Shown here: positions 1 through 8,692 of the stretch, piece by piece
Layout: each line of letters begins with the position of its first letter
How positions within the stretch are numbered: position 1 is the first letter of the stretch
Assembly (NCBI GenBank): GCA_031426555.1
Contig: JANPLN010000032.1
Coordinates: 1-26,977 of the forward strand
DNA: 26,977 nt
Origin: Bdellovibrionales bacterium
Lineage (GTDB): Bacteria; Bdellovibrionota; Bdellovibrionia; Bdellovibrionales; JAGQZY01
Direction of reading: 5' to 3'
Translations under genes and position numbers: made by a program
Notes under the pieces: model-generated
Database searches by the model: none
Seen by the model: the letters and a program-made list of their open reading frames with translations, nothing else
Told to the model about the DNA's origin: nothing

Positions 1-19
1 TAGACTGATCACCGAGGAA

Positions 20-481
20 TTAAGGTGTACGACGAAATGGACAGTTGGCATAGTCGGTATAGCCAAATTCAATCGCATTCTCATCAAGGATTTTAATCAC
101 CGTGCGAACGTCTTTAAATCCGCTGCTCAAAAAACCTGCAAACGAGCTTCTTTCCTGAACCTTGAGTTTGTTATTTTTAAACACGTGACGTTTAACCACT
201 TGCGAACTGATCGATTTCACACTGTAAACTTTATTGGTATTGATTCCTGGAATTATTTCTTTATGGTTTTTTAAATTTTCCCGTGAAACCTCGATCACAA
301 TTGCATTTGGATCGTTTTTCGCGCGACTTACCTTCAATTCTTCTAGACCGCGGCAAAAATAGTCCTCGCTTTCGACGCTCGTAAAATTTCCAAATACATT
401 CGTCAAACCTTCCGGCAAATTTGCCTTAGCCTCTACACTTAATAGCAAACAGGATAAAACAACCAAAGAACTGTTTTTCAT
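20..481 (-). CDS. Hypothetical secreted protein (153 aa)
   Basis: Sec-type signal peptide (MKNSSLVVLSCLLLSVEAKA); GAGGAG SD upstream; AT-rich; no family recognised. Confidence 0.7.
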   Translation of the reverse strand: MKNSSLVVLSCLLLSVEAKANLPEGLTNVFGNFTSVESEDYFCRGLEELKVSRAKNDPNAIVIEVSRENLKNHKEIIPGINTNKVYSVKSISSQVVKRHVFKNNKLKVQERSSFAGFLSSGFKDVRTVIKILDENAIEFGYTDYANCPFRRTP

Positions 482-619
482 AACTTAAACTCCTCATTAA
501 TTTGCACAAGGTTATCACTACGATGAAACTGGTTACCACTGTTAAACATACTCACTACACAAAATGAATAATAAGCAGGAAATAAACTTAAAAAATTAAA
601 ACAACAGATAATATTTACA

Positions 620-1657
620 TTAAAAGATTCCGAGGCCTTTTTTGGGGGCGGTGACGAGAAGGACGCCGTCGATGTACTCGCGGCGAACGAGGTCTTTGTC
701 GGCGGGAACTGGGAGTTTGAATTCCTGATGCACTGTTTGATAATTATTCGTGGCCAGCTTTTCGCCTTCGTACTGGAGTTTTTGCTCAAATTTTCGCGCG
801 CCAGTCACAGTAATGCGATCTGGTTGCACAAGGACTTTGATGTTTTTTAATTCGTGCTCGGGAACTTTCAGGGCGACTTGATATAACGCGCCCTCATCTT
901 TCATCTTGGCCCCGAGTTCTTGCACACGATAGAAATCGTCTTTTTGTAAATTATTTTGGTCTTTCATTTTTTGCAAAGAATCGTACTTGGTTTTCTCATA
1001 TTGCTCTTGGTATTTCAAACGCTGATCTTCCAGCACCAATTGGTAATTCACTTCACTGGAGTTGTACTGATTTTCAAATTCGTCGGCGCGACCGCGAATT
1101 TGTTCCTGGTAATGGACTTTCTCTTTATCGATTTCAGTTTCGTAATGATGTTTCTGGGCTTGGCGAAGGCTCTCATAATTCTGCTGCTCCAACTGAATCT
1201 GCTCGTTGTACTTTTTTTGCATCTCATTCACGTTGGTTTTGGACTGCCGCTGGAGCTCCTGCTGACGCTGTTGATGAACTTTTGTATCAGCCTCGATTTC
1301 CTGCTTTTGACTTTTTTCCGTGGCATTGTGAGTTTTTTCGTACTCTTTTTGTTTTTCGCCAAGCGATTGCTTCTGCTCATGGCGAACCGAGGCTTCTTGG
1401 CGAGTTCGCTCTTCGATGGCTTTTTGATAACTGCGCTGTTGCTGCTCTCGTTGTTTTTCGATTCGGGTTTGGTGGGCGCTTTTTTCGGTATTGATTTGCT
1501 TGCTTTGCTGATCGCGAAGTTCATTCATCGCAGCCGAGTGAGTTTTCTTCTCATCGCGAACTTCTACCTGCTGTTTCTGTTTTGTCTTTTTCAGCTCTGC
1601 ATTTTTTGCCGGATTAGAATTTTCAGGTCGATTGCCTGAATTATTTATACCGTCCAT
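620..1657 (-). CDS. Hsp20/alpha-crystallin-domain protein with long N-terminal Q/E/K-rich coiled coil
   Basis: C-terminal ~95 aa fits an alpha-crystallin domain (YQVALKVP..NIKVLV..ITVTG..FKLPVP..YIDGVLLVTAPK); start moved to ATG 1657 (MDGINN) because AGGAGG precedes it. Confidence 0.75.
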   Translation of the reverse strand: MDGINNSGNRPENSNPAKNAELKKTKQKQQVEVRDEKKTHSAAMNELRDQQSKQINTEKSAHQTRIEKQREQQQRSYQKAIEERTRQEASVRHEQKQSLGEKQKEYEKTHNATEKSQKQEIEADTKVHQQRQQELQRQSKTNVNEMQKKYNEQIQLEQQNYESLRQAQKHHYETEIDKEKVHYQEQIRGRADEFENQYNSSEVNYQLVLEDQRLKYQEQYEKTKYDSLQKMKDQNNLQKDDFYRVQELGAKMKDEGALYQVALKVPEHELKNIKVLVQPDRITVTGARKFEQKLQYEGEKLATNNYQTVHQEFKLPVPADKDLVRREYIDGVLLVTAPKKGLGIF

Positions 1658-1708
1658 AGAACTCCTCCTGAGCAGAATGAACAACCCTTATTCTAGCACA
1701 GCAGAAAG

Positions 1709-1981
1709 CTATTTGGATCCCTCGTCGGAGAAAGGTCGGGTACAGAGTTTTTTAAAGCCATCGCCGCGTGCCCAACACATCCAATGGTCTAGGATCTGCA
1801 GTGTTTGAAATGGCGTGATGGGATAATAAAACACGTACTGGTCGGGCATTAAGGTCGATAGAATCTCGCGTGACGTGTTGGTCTTCGTATCGGTGAGTTT
1901 TAATTTGTACACTCGATACTCAGCAAACAGCCTGGGAGGGCAAAAAAGCGAAAATAAAATTATGAGCAAGAAGAGTCTCAT
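1709..1981 (-). CDS. Small secreted hypothetical protein (90 aa)
   Basis: Hydrophobic signal peptide ending LFA/EY; two Cys in the mature part; sigma28-like promoter directly upstream. Confidence 0.7.
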   Translation of the reverse strand: MRLFLLIILFSLFCPPRLFAEYRVYKLKLTDTKTNTSREILSTLMPDQYVFYYPITPFQTLQILDHWMCWARGDGFKKLCTRPFSDEGSK

Positions 1982-1987
1982 ACTTTG

Positions 1988-2015
1988 TTATCGGCTCTTC
2001 GCCCCCAATTCCTTA
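1988..2015 (-). promoter_or_regulatory. Sigma28 (FliA)-like promoter TAAG-N16-GCCGATAA
   Basis: Perfect GCCGATAA -10 consensus, 6 nt upstream of the ATG at 1981. Confidence 0.7.
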
Positions 2016-2027
2016 GGGCGCAGCTGT

Positions 2028-2345
2028 TTAGTGTTTTTCGACAGACCTGTTCAGAATGCTATTGTCCACAATCTTAAAGTACGCGCGGATCAATAATGCA
2101 TGATCGTGAATACTCAGGGTATGTAAATAGGTCTTCTTTTCATCGATCGATTTCATTCGTATAAACTTGTAAAGCAACTCTTGAACTTGTTTTAACTTTT
2201 CGACAGTGTTTTCCTCGAGAGTGGGATCTTCACTGCGAATCGCGCGAACAATGTCGGCCTTATCAAATAAAATATGGATTCCTCGAGCCGACTGATGAAT
2301 CAGTTGGTCCATTTTCTCTAGACAGTCATGAGTTAAATCCGTCAC
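2028..2345 (-). CDS. Hypothetical cytoplasmic helical protein (~105 aa)
   Basis: ORF with AGGAGG SD before GTG 2345; alternative start ATG 2393 also has GGAGG. Confidence 0.7.
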   Translation of the reverse strand: MTDLTHDCLEKMDQLIHQSARGIHILFDKADIVRAIRSEDPTLEENTVEKLKQVQELLYKFIRMKSIDEKKTYLHTLSIHDHALLIRAYFKIVDNSILNRSVEKH

Positions 2346-2516
2346 AAAGCCTCCTTGCGTGATAGATCTAATACCGGAGAGGGTCGCGACCATGCGAACC
2401 TCCGAGAGCAGCTCTCTCTATCTTTGATTGTGTGGAGTGCAACCCAACATTTCAACTAAGTTCGCAGATTGACATCTTCCGTCAACGCTTCTATCCTTTT
2501 TATGGGGGTCCAGTCC

Positions 2517-3350
2517 GTGACTAAAAAAAGCCAAAAACCATCCTATGATGAAAAAATAATCATCGACGAGAAAAACAAACTGATTTTCAAGACTGAAGAC
2601 GAGGTCCTGAAGCACTTTGATAAGCAGATCACTGCCTTGGAAAAAGAATTCTTAAGCCTCCGCCCTAAAAAAGACTTCACCGACGAACAGGCTGCCAAAC
2701 TCGAAAAGTACCTGGATATCACCTTAGATAATCCCGATGAAGTTTGGGTCGACAAAAAAACAGTGAAGGCCAATCCAATTCATATCTTTGTAAAGCGCAT
2801 CGAAGTTCCAGAGGAGGATGATTTATATTACATCGCCCTCACCTACTCTTCAGACAGCGTGCCGACTTTTGTTTTTTTACATTTTCCAACCAAGCACGCG
2901 CAGCTTGTAGATAAATATCGTCGCGGCGACATGGATCAGGATCGCAACGCCAGCAAAGTCGAACATGGATGCATCGAGGGCGACGCGCTTTCCGAAGGTG
3001 ATGACCTCGCCCTGGGACTGTACAAAGCCATGCTCACTCTTCGTCAAGACGACGACCTTCCCCCAGACGAATTTCAAACCTACGCCGAACTTCGTGAGGG
3101 CGCCATCGAGGAGCCCGATGAAATCTGGCGCAATACGGATCTCGCTGGAAATGTTTTGGTGAATTTTATCAAAGATTTTTCCATGTCCAACGAACCGCTA
3201 TATTACGTGGTGGTGACATTGGAAGATGCTGATTCCAGCAGCCATGCGTTGTTGTTTTCGTTCCCAACGGGGGATGAATCTTTAGTGGATCGATATCGTC
3301 ATGGAGAGAATCTGCATGCCGATGAAGTGGTTCAGGAATCTAGCCACTGA
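2517..3350 (+). CDS. Acidic protein with two tandem copies of a PBECR2-like (barnase/EndoU/RelE-type fold) domain
   Basis: Internal repeat: TLDNPDEVW..YYIALT..LHFPT..LVDKYRRG versus AIEEPDEIW..YYVVVT..FSFPT..LVDRYRHG; family call from the PDE[VI]W motif, by recall; start GTG 2517 inferred. Confidence 0.6.
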   Translation: MTKKSQKPSYDEKIIIDEKNKLIFKTEDEVLKHFDKQITALEKEFLSLRPKKDFTDEQAAKLEKYLDITLDNPDEVWVDKKTVKANPIHIFVKRIEVPEEDDLYYIALTYSSDSVPTFVFLHFPTKHAQLVDKYRRGDMDQDRNASKVEHGCIEGDALSEGDDLALGLYKAMLTLRQDDDLPPDEFQTYAELREGAIEEPDEIWRNTDLAGNVLVNFIKDFSMSNEPLYYVVVTLEDADSSSHALLFSFPTGDESLVDRYRHGENLHADEVVQESSH

Positions 3351-3355
3351 ACCTA

Positions 3356-3604
3356 TTAAAAGCGTTTCTTTTTAACTAAAACCGACGAAAGTTCTTCAAG
3401 CACAAAACCGAATCGAGAATTCAGCTCCTGAAGCTGGTCGATGTTGAAGCGCAGAAGCTCTAAAACATCCACGTCTTGCTGAGGTGGAGCGACAGTTTCT
3501 GTGGGCTCCTGTGAGTCTCTCCAAACAGAATACGGAGATTCCCCTGATGCAAACAGCGTTTTTTTAAGATCTCCAAAGTTGTGGCTCGCTTTTGTTAGAC
3601 TCAT
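3356..3604 (-). CDS. Hypothetical protein (82 aa) with C-terminal amphipathic or coiled-coil helix
   Basis: ORF fills the gap between neighbours; heptad-like LELLRFNIDQLQELNSRFGFVLEEL. Confidence 0.6.
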   Translation of the reverse strand: MSLTKASHNFGDLKKTLFASGESPYSVWRDSQEPTETVAPPQQDVDVLELLRFNIDQLQELNSRFGFVLEELSSVLVKKKRF

Positions 3605-3701
3605 GTATACCCTTCGACAAGATCTAGTAAAGTTTATGTCAGTATCCCGTTCAACTTAAATTCCCTTAAAAAGCACTTTTATGCCGCAAAATGTAACTTC
3701 T

Positions 3702-4334
3702 TCAGTATTCGCATTTTAAAGCTTCTATTTCCAATTCGCCTATATTGCGTCTCTCCACGTTGTTAGAGCCTAAAGTGGCGATCATTGATGTGTAATCTGT
3801 TGTGTCAATGTGAAGAAGGCCCAGCACATGACCTAATTCATGCACAAAAAGAGCCACAAGATCGTATTTCCCAGGCTCACCCGCATCACTTGTCGATAAT
3901 GGCTTCGTAGCGTTGATTCGCATATCCGCTTCGAAGATACGATCGTCTGCCCAATTGATTTCTGTCTCGGCCTGTTCAGTGCCTTTGCCGGGCCACCCGT
4001 CGACCATGCTCACAATATTTTTTCCGTCTCTATAAAACCCTGAAGGCGCGTTCATTCGGCCGCCATACTTAAAAAAAGCACCGCGTTTGAATCCCTGTGC
4101 AACCACAGTGTCATTCCAAATCGTGATCGCTTTTTCGAGAGCTTCGGCTTCTTCATCGTCCACCGACTCGTTGGCATACATCGTCACTGGCGTCTTCCAC
4201 GCCCACGAAACGCGTTGCTGATAACTGTTCTGTTGAAAATGACAGGGAGTTTCGGGTTGCGGCGTTTTCACGCCACAGGCCGGAAGCGCGCCAGCAATTA
4301 TAAGTCCTAGGATCCATCTTAAAGAGTGTTTCAT
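3702..4334 (-). CDS. Matrixin (M10/metzincin) zinc metalloprotease lipoprotein
   Basis: HELGHVLGLLH zinc motif followed by Met-turn (SMIA); lipobox LPAC; start at MKHSLRW with GAGG SD. Confidence 0.88.
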   Translation of the reverse strand: MKHSLRWILGLIIAGALPACGVKTPQPETPCHFQQNSYQQRVSWAWKTPVTMYANESVDDEEAEALEKAITIWNDTVVAQGFKRGAFFKYGGRMNAPSGFYRDGKNIVSMVDGWPGKGTEQAETEINWADDRIFEADMRINATKPLSTSDAGEPGKYDLVALFVHELGHVLGLLHIDTTDYTSMIATLGSNNVERRNIGELEIEALKCEY

Positions 4335-4573
4335 GACCTCTTGTAAAGCAAACCACGCACCGCTCGAACCACCTCCAACATACTGATATTGTTCAATTTG
4401 AAATATGCTCGGAATTACGACAGGTGTTGAAAGCTCACGGCCTGAGGCCACAACGGGATCCACCGTGCTCGCAAAAAATATTCGTAAATAATTGATATTA
4501 CTGTCTTTTTTCAAGTGTATCGTTTGTAGACACATGACAGTTGTCGGAAAGACAATTTGGGGCTTACACTAAG

Positions 4574-5251
4574 ATGATGCAGTCCGTACTTATCGTAGAA
4601 GACGATGTCACCATTTCCAATCACATCAAAAACCTCCTATTGAAAGAATCCTGTAGCGTCCATCAAATTGAGGATGCGGCAGGTTTTTTAGAATTGGTGC
4701 ACAAAAAAACGCAGTACGATGGAATTATTTTAGATCGTTTGATCGGCACCTACGACACCAAACAGTTTTTAAAACAAATCAGAAATAACAATCCACAGGC
4801 CTCCCTCTTAATTGTTTCGGCGATCAATACGCCTGCCGAACGGGCCGAGCTTATTAATCTCGGAGCCGACGATTATATAGGAAAACCATTTGTGGATCAG
4901 GAGCTTCTCGCCCGGATGAAATCGCTGCTGCGACGAGGTTCCGCACAGCGCTCTCAATATCGCCAACTTAAAAATGCAGTTCTCGATCTAGAAAAACGTC
5001 TGCTCATCTGCGGTGAAAAATCAGAGATGCTACCAAGTAAGGAATTTATGCTTCTCAAAGTCCTTTCCGATGACGTCGGCAAGGTTTTTGAGAAAAACTT
5101 TCTCCTCGAAACCGTCTGGGGCGTGGACAGTTCTGTCGAAAGCAACGTTCTCGAGGTGACCATCGGCAACCTTCGCAAAAAAATCATCCAGCTCAATGCC
5201 GAATTCCAAATAAAAAACATGCGCAACTCAGGATATTGGATTGAGATTTAG
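4574..5251 (+). CDS. OmpR/PhoB-family response regulator
   Basis: Receiver (LIVEDD, ILDR, GADDYIGKPF) plus winged HTH (KEFMLL, SNVLEVTIGNLRKKI, RNSGY); start 4574 or 4577. Confidence 0.92.
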   Translation: MMQSVLIVEDDVTISNHIKNLLLKESCSVHQIEDAAGFLELVHKKTQYDGIILDRLIGTYDTKQFLKQIRNNNPQASLLIVSAINTPAERAELINLGADDYIGKPFVDQELLARMKSLLRRGSAQRSQYRQLKNAVLDLEKRLLICGEKSEMLPSKEFMLLKVLSDDVGKVFEKNFLLETVWGVDSSVESNVLEVTIGNLRKKIIQLNAEFQIKNMRNSGYWIEI

Positions 5252-6599
5252 ATACTTTTTCATTATCGGCGTGGTTCTCTTCATCGTCTCGCTGATTACC
5301 ATTGTCGGCCTTTACTTTATCCAGATGAACGAGCGAAAAGAGTCCATTGATTCTCGACTTTACGAAACCGCTCAGATATTGCTGAGTTCGGACATTCTCG
5401 ATAGCCCGCACATCGACATGGACAAGGCCAAACAGCTTTTGGAATTTAATGTTGGCAAAGGGCAGTCGGAGAATTTTTTCCTGGTGCGAAACGCCACTGG
5501 AAAAATTTTGTACAAATATAATATTTTAGCCACCGAGTTTGAGTATATTCCCCTCGAGGACACCTGGCATACCGTGGACCATCCTGAAAAGTACATTCGC
5601 GTTTTGAGTGTCAATTTGCCGAAGCTCGAAGACCGATCCCTGCAAGTTGGAATTATTGTTAACAAGCAGCTGATCATCCCGCAGTTTTTTTCGAAAATCA
5701 CCTGGCTCACTCTGCTCTTAACCAACGGAATCGGAATTCTGATTGCTTGGGCGCTGGCAAACTTTCTCACGCTTCCCATTCGCAGGCTCTCAGAGTTTTT
5801 AAACAAGAGTGCGCAGATGGAAAACGGCGCCTTCTCGCTTGCCACCATCACCGACAGCGAACTTCGTCCATCGCCCACCAGTCGCGACGAATTTGACCAG
5901 CTGGTAGTGGCCATCAATCAACTCATCACGCGCGTAAATCATGGACTGCAGGTTTCGCGATTGTGGACCTATCAAATGTCCCACGAAATCAAAACTCCAC
6001 TTTCCATCATCAATTCCGTATTAAGCCCAACCTCGCAAGATACAATGGGCGCCTTGAAAGAAAAAATTCGCGGCCAGATTTTTAAAATCTCCGAAACCGT
6101 GAATGCTTTTTTAAGCTGGGCCGAAGCGCAAAACGTACGCCCGCCAGTTTCGCACGTCATACGAATTAGCCGACTGGTCAATGATGTTACAGACAGAACT
6201 CAACTAAAAATCGATTCCAAATTAAAGGTCGATATTCAAGACGATTTTATTGTCGCGATTAATTACAATCAAATGGAGCAAGTGTTGACCAATTTGGTCG
6301 TGAACGCATTTACCCATGGAAACACTGAACCGCAAATTTGCATCCACTCCCATGACTATATCCTTACCGTCTCCAACCATGGATCGCCTTTTCCGCAAAA
6401 GATCATCGATAATCTGGGGCAGCCATTCAACAAAGGCGATTCCGAACCCCGCGACATTTACTCAATGCGTGGTACTGGCTTGGGCTTGGCCTATGTGGCC
6501 ACTGTCTGTCAGATCAACAACTTCCCACTGCACATCGACCACCAAAATGGAATCACTGTGGTCTCCATGGACCTGAAGTCTGCGGCTTCGCGAGAATAA
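5241..6599 (+). CDS. HAMP-domain sensor histidine kinase
   Basis: Two TM segments, HAMP (DEFDQLVVAIN), H-box SHEIKTPL, N-box NLVVNA, G2 GTGLGLA; overlaps the regulator's stop. Confidence 0.92.
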   Translation: MRFRYFFIIGVVLFIVSLITIVGLYFIQMNERKESIDSRLYETAQILLSSDILDSPHIDMDKAKQLLEFNVGKGQSENFFLVRNATGKILYKYNILATEFEYIPLEDTWHTVDHPEKYIRVLSVNLPKLEDRSLQVGIIVNKQLIIPQFFSKITWLTLLLTNGIGILIAWALANFLTLPIRRLSEFLNKSAQMENGAFSLATITDSELRPSPTSRDEFDQLVVAINQLITRVNHGLQVSRLWTYQMSHEIKTPLSIINSVLSPTSQDTMGALKEKIRGQIFKISETVNAFLSWAEAQNVRPPVSHVIRISRLVNDVTDRTQLKIDSKLKVDIQDDFIVAINYNQMEQVLTNLVVNAFTHGNTEPQICIHSHDYILTVSNHGSPFPQKIIDNLGQPFNKGDSEPRDIYSMRGTGLGLAYVATVCQINNFPLHIDHQNGITVVSMDLKSAASRE

Positions 6600-6648
6600 G
6601 TCGCGGGAATAATTAACTGCAATGTTCGCCATTTCATAGACGAAATGC

Positions 6649-7539
6649 TTAATGCAGCTTCTTGATATCTTGATAGAGGTCTCTGATTTGATTGTGGTCG
6701 ACGCGGTACTGCTTACCGCACATTTCACACTGAACATCGACCACTTCTTTGTCGATGATCATTTTTTGCACTTCGTCTTCGCCAAGCAGTCTGAACGAAC
6801 CTAACACTTTATCGATATTGCAGGAACACGCCACTTGCACGATATGGGGATGCTGCCAATACTTGCCTTCTTTACCTACGAAAAACATTTTTAACAGATC
6901 TTCGCCGTTCACTTCCGGCGTTAAAATGTGCGAGAGAGAGCCCAAAGCGCGAACACTGCTTTCCACGCTTTCAAGATCTTCTGTTGTGTGGCCCGGCATC
7001 ATTTCTATCAGCAAACCACCCGCGCCCGTCACCACGCCCTCGCTGCCCAACAGGACTCCAGAGCTCAATACGCAGGGAATTTGCTGTGACATGCGAATGT
7101 AACTTGCGAGGTCTTCAGTGATCTCACCGCTTTCAATCAAAACCTGGCTCACCTGCGGACGAGCGTTGCCTTTGATAAAAGTAGAAACTGTGAGAGTTCC
7201 CTCGCCCACATGGGGAGAAAGGATAAGGTTTCCCCTTTCTACGGACATGGGCAACTGGGGCTCGGCAATGTAAGCCCGTACGCTGCCTTCGTAGGACGCC
7301 TGCGCAAAGACCATGCGCATTGCTCCACTGCAACGCATTTGTACGGAGAGGGCTTGTTCGTCTTTGAGTTGCATGGCGAGAAGCGTGGTCCCCACCAACG
7401 TGCGTCCCAAGGCCAATGTGGAGGTGGGCGACGTTTGCTGAATGGTCCGCAAATGATTTAACAAACCAGTGCACACAATGGCCGAGGCGCGGACTGTTCC
7501 AGCAGAATTTATAAATTTGTAGATTCGGGCTTTACTCAT
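6649..7539 (-). CDS. hslO: Hsp33 redox-regulated chaperone
   Basis: C-terminal CSC...CEMC zinc motif; ALGRTL, SGEITEDLASYIRMSQQIP and GAGGLLIEMMP motifs. Confidence 0.93.
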   Translation of the reverse strand: MSKARIYKFINSAGTVRASAIVCTGLLNHLRTIQQTSPTSTLALGRTLVGTTLLAMQLKDEQALSVQMRCSGAMRMVFAQASYEGSVRAYIAEPQLPMSVERGNLILSPHVGEGTLTVSTFIKGNARPQVSQVLIESGEITEDLASYIRMSQQIPCVLSSGVLLGSEGVVTGAGGLLIEMMPGHTTEDLESVESSVRALGSLSHILTPEVNGEDLLKMFFVGKEGKYWQHPHIVQVACSCNIDKVLGSFRLLGEDEVQKMIIDKEVVDVQCEMCGKQYRVDHNQIRDLYQDIKKLH

Positions 7540-7569
7540 TGTTCAAAATCGAGTTTAACACTCAAAACT

Positions 7570-8043
7570 ATGTCAGCCTACCAAAATATGAAAATTTACA
7601 TCCTTCGACATGGCGAAAGAAGCGGCGGTTACGGCGACGTATCGCTGTCGCCAGAAGGCCAGCAGCAAGCCATTTCCTTGGCCAATAATGCTTCGCTGCA
7701 AGATACAAATCTGGTGCTCTGTTCGCCAAAACTTCGCACGCGCGAAACCATCCAACCTCTCTGTGCACGCTTACAATTGACAATTGAAATTGCGCCCGAG
7801 CTTGACCAAAGAAAAGCCATCGAAACCGAAGGGGAGTTCATCCGCCGCGTTCTAAACTTTTTAGACGACTGCGTGCAGACGCGAAATGGACAAAACCTTT
7901 TGCTCTGTTCACACTCCGATTGGTTGCAAACGGCAATAATGCACTTGCCACTGCCTCTCCACAAGGCGGCTGCACAGAGCTTTTTTAGTTGCGCCGACTT
8001 TCGCACGCTCGTCTACAGCAACAGGCAGTGGGATCTTGTATGA
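7570..8043 (+). CDS. Histidine phosphatase (PGAM/SixA-like) family protein
   Basis: LRHG, SPKLRTRET and LLCSH motifs; start may be ATG 7588 (MKIYILRHG). Confidence 0.88.
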   Translation: MSAYQNMKIYILRHGERSGGYGDVSLSPEGQQQAISLANNASLQDTNLVLCSPKLRTRETIQPLCARLQLTIEIAPELDQRKAIETEGEFIRRVLNFLDDCVQTRNGQNLLLCSHSDWLQTAIMHLPLPLHKAAAQSFFSCADFRTLVYSNRQWDLV

Positions 8044-8630
8044 CACTGTGGTGCATCGGACGAAATTATCGCGAGCACGCAAAGGAACTTAACAATCCTA
8101 TCCCTGCGAAACCGCTTATTTTTATAAAACCCGAAGGAGCGGTGACGCGAGCTCCGCAAATTCAGTTGCCTCCTGCGAGCGGCCCGATTCACTTCGAATG
8201 CGAACTGGCCATCAAATTAGGTGCAGACCTTAAACCCAGCTCTTTGGCTCTGGCTTTAGATCTTACGGCTCGCACCGTGCAAGAAGAGCTCAAAAAGAAA
8301 GGGGAACCTTGGACTCTTGCGAAGGGATTTATTGGTTCCTGCCCCATGAGCGCCGAGATTCCTTTTCCCGCTGATTTTAACAATTTACAGTTTGAGTTTT
8401 ATAGAAACTCTCAGCTGGCACAACGGGGCGTTGTTACAGAGATGATTTTTTCGCTGCCGGTGCTGTTGGAATATCTCACCCAGCACTTTCCAATCCTTCC
8501 AGGGGATTGGATATTAACCGGGACACCGGCTGGTGTAGGTCCGCTCGCAAGCGGTGATTCCTTAAAAGCTCAAATCCCAGGCAGGCTCGAAGCCTTCTGG
8601 GTCGTACAAGAAACAGTCCTAATTAAATAA
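8040..8630 (+). CDS. Fumarylacetoacetate hydrolase family protein
   Basis: CIGRNYREHAKEL, HFECELA, DLTAR, PWTLAKGF, PGDWILTGTPAGVG; ATGA overlap with the upstream stop. Confidence 0.92.
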   Translation: MTLWCIGRNYREHAKELNNPIPAKPLIFIKPEGAVTRAPQIQLPPASGPIHFECELAIKLGADLKPSSLALALDLTARTVQEELKKKGEPWTLAKGFIGSCPMSAEIPFPADFNNLQFEFYRNSQLAQRGVVTEMIFSLPVLLEYLTQHFPILPGDWILTGTPAGVGPLASGDSLKAQIPGRLEAFWVVQETVLIK

Positions 8631-8659
8631 TTGCGATTTTTTCCCCCTCAGGCCATACT
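8631..8659 (+). promoter_or_regulatory. Sigma70-like promoter of putA (TTGCGA-N17-CATACT)
   Basis: Consensus-like boxes with 17-nt spacing; GGGAGG SD downstream. Confidence 0.5.
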
Positions 8660-8692
8660 CCCCGCCATCAAATAGACTCTGGGGAGGTTCTT

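Noticed and set aside
956..1639. 227-aa very hydrophobic + strand ORF resembling a membrane protein
   Set aside because: Antisense shadow of the Q/E/K-rich coiled-coil gene; the complement of CAA/GAA/AAA codons gives L/F
4335..4535. 67-aa N-terminal extension of the matrixin ORF, or a riboswitch in this interval
   Set aside because: Signal peptide and SD place the start at 4334; I could not match a known riboswitch consensus such as c-di-GMP-I, only weak hairpins and weak sigma-like boxes
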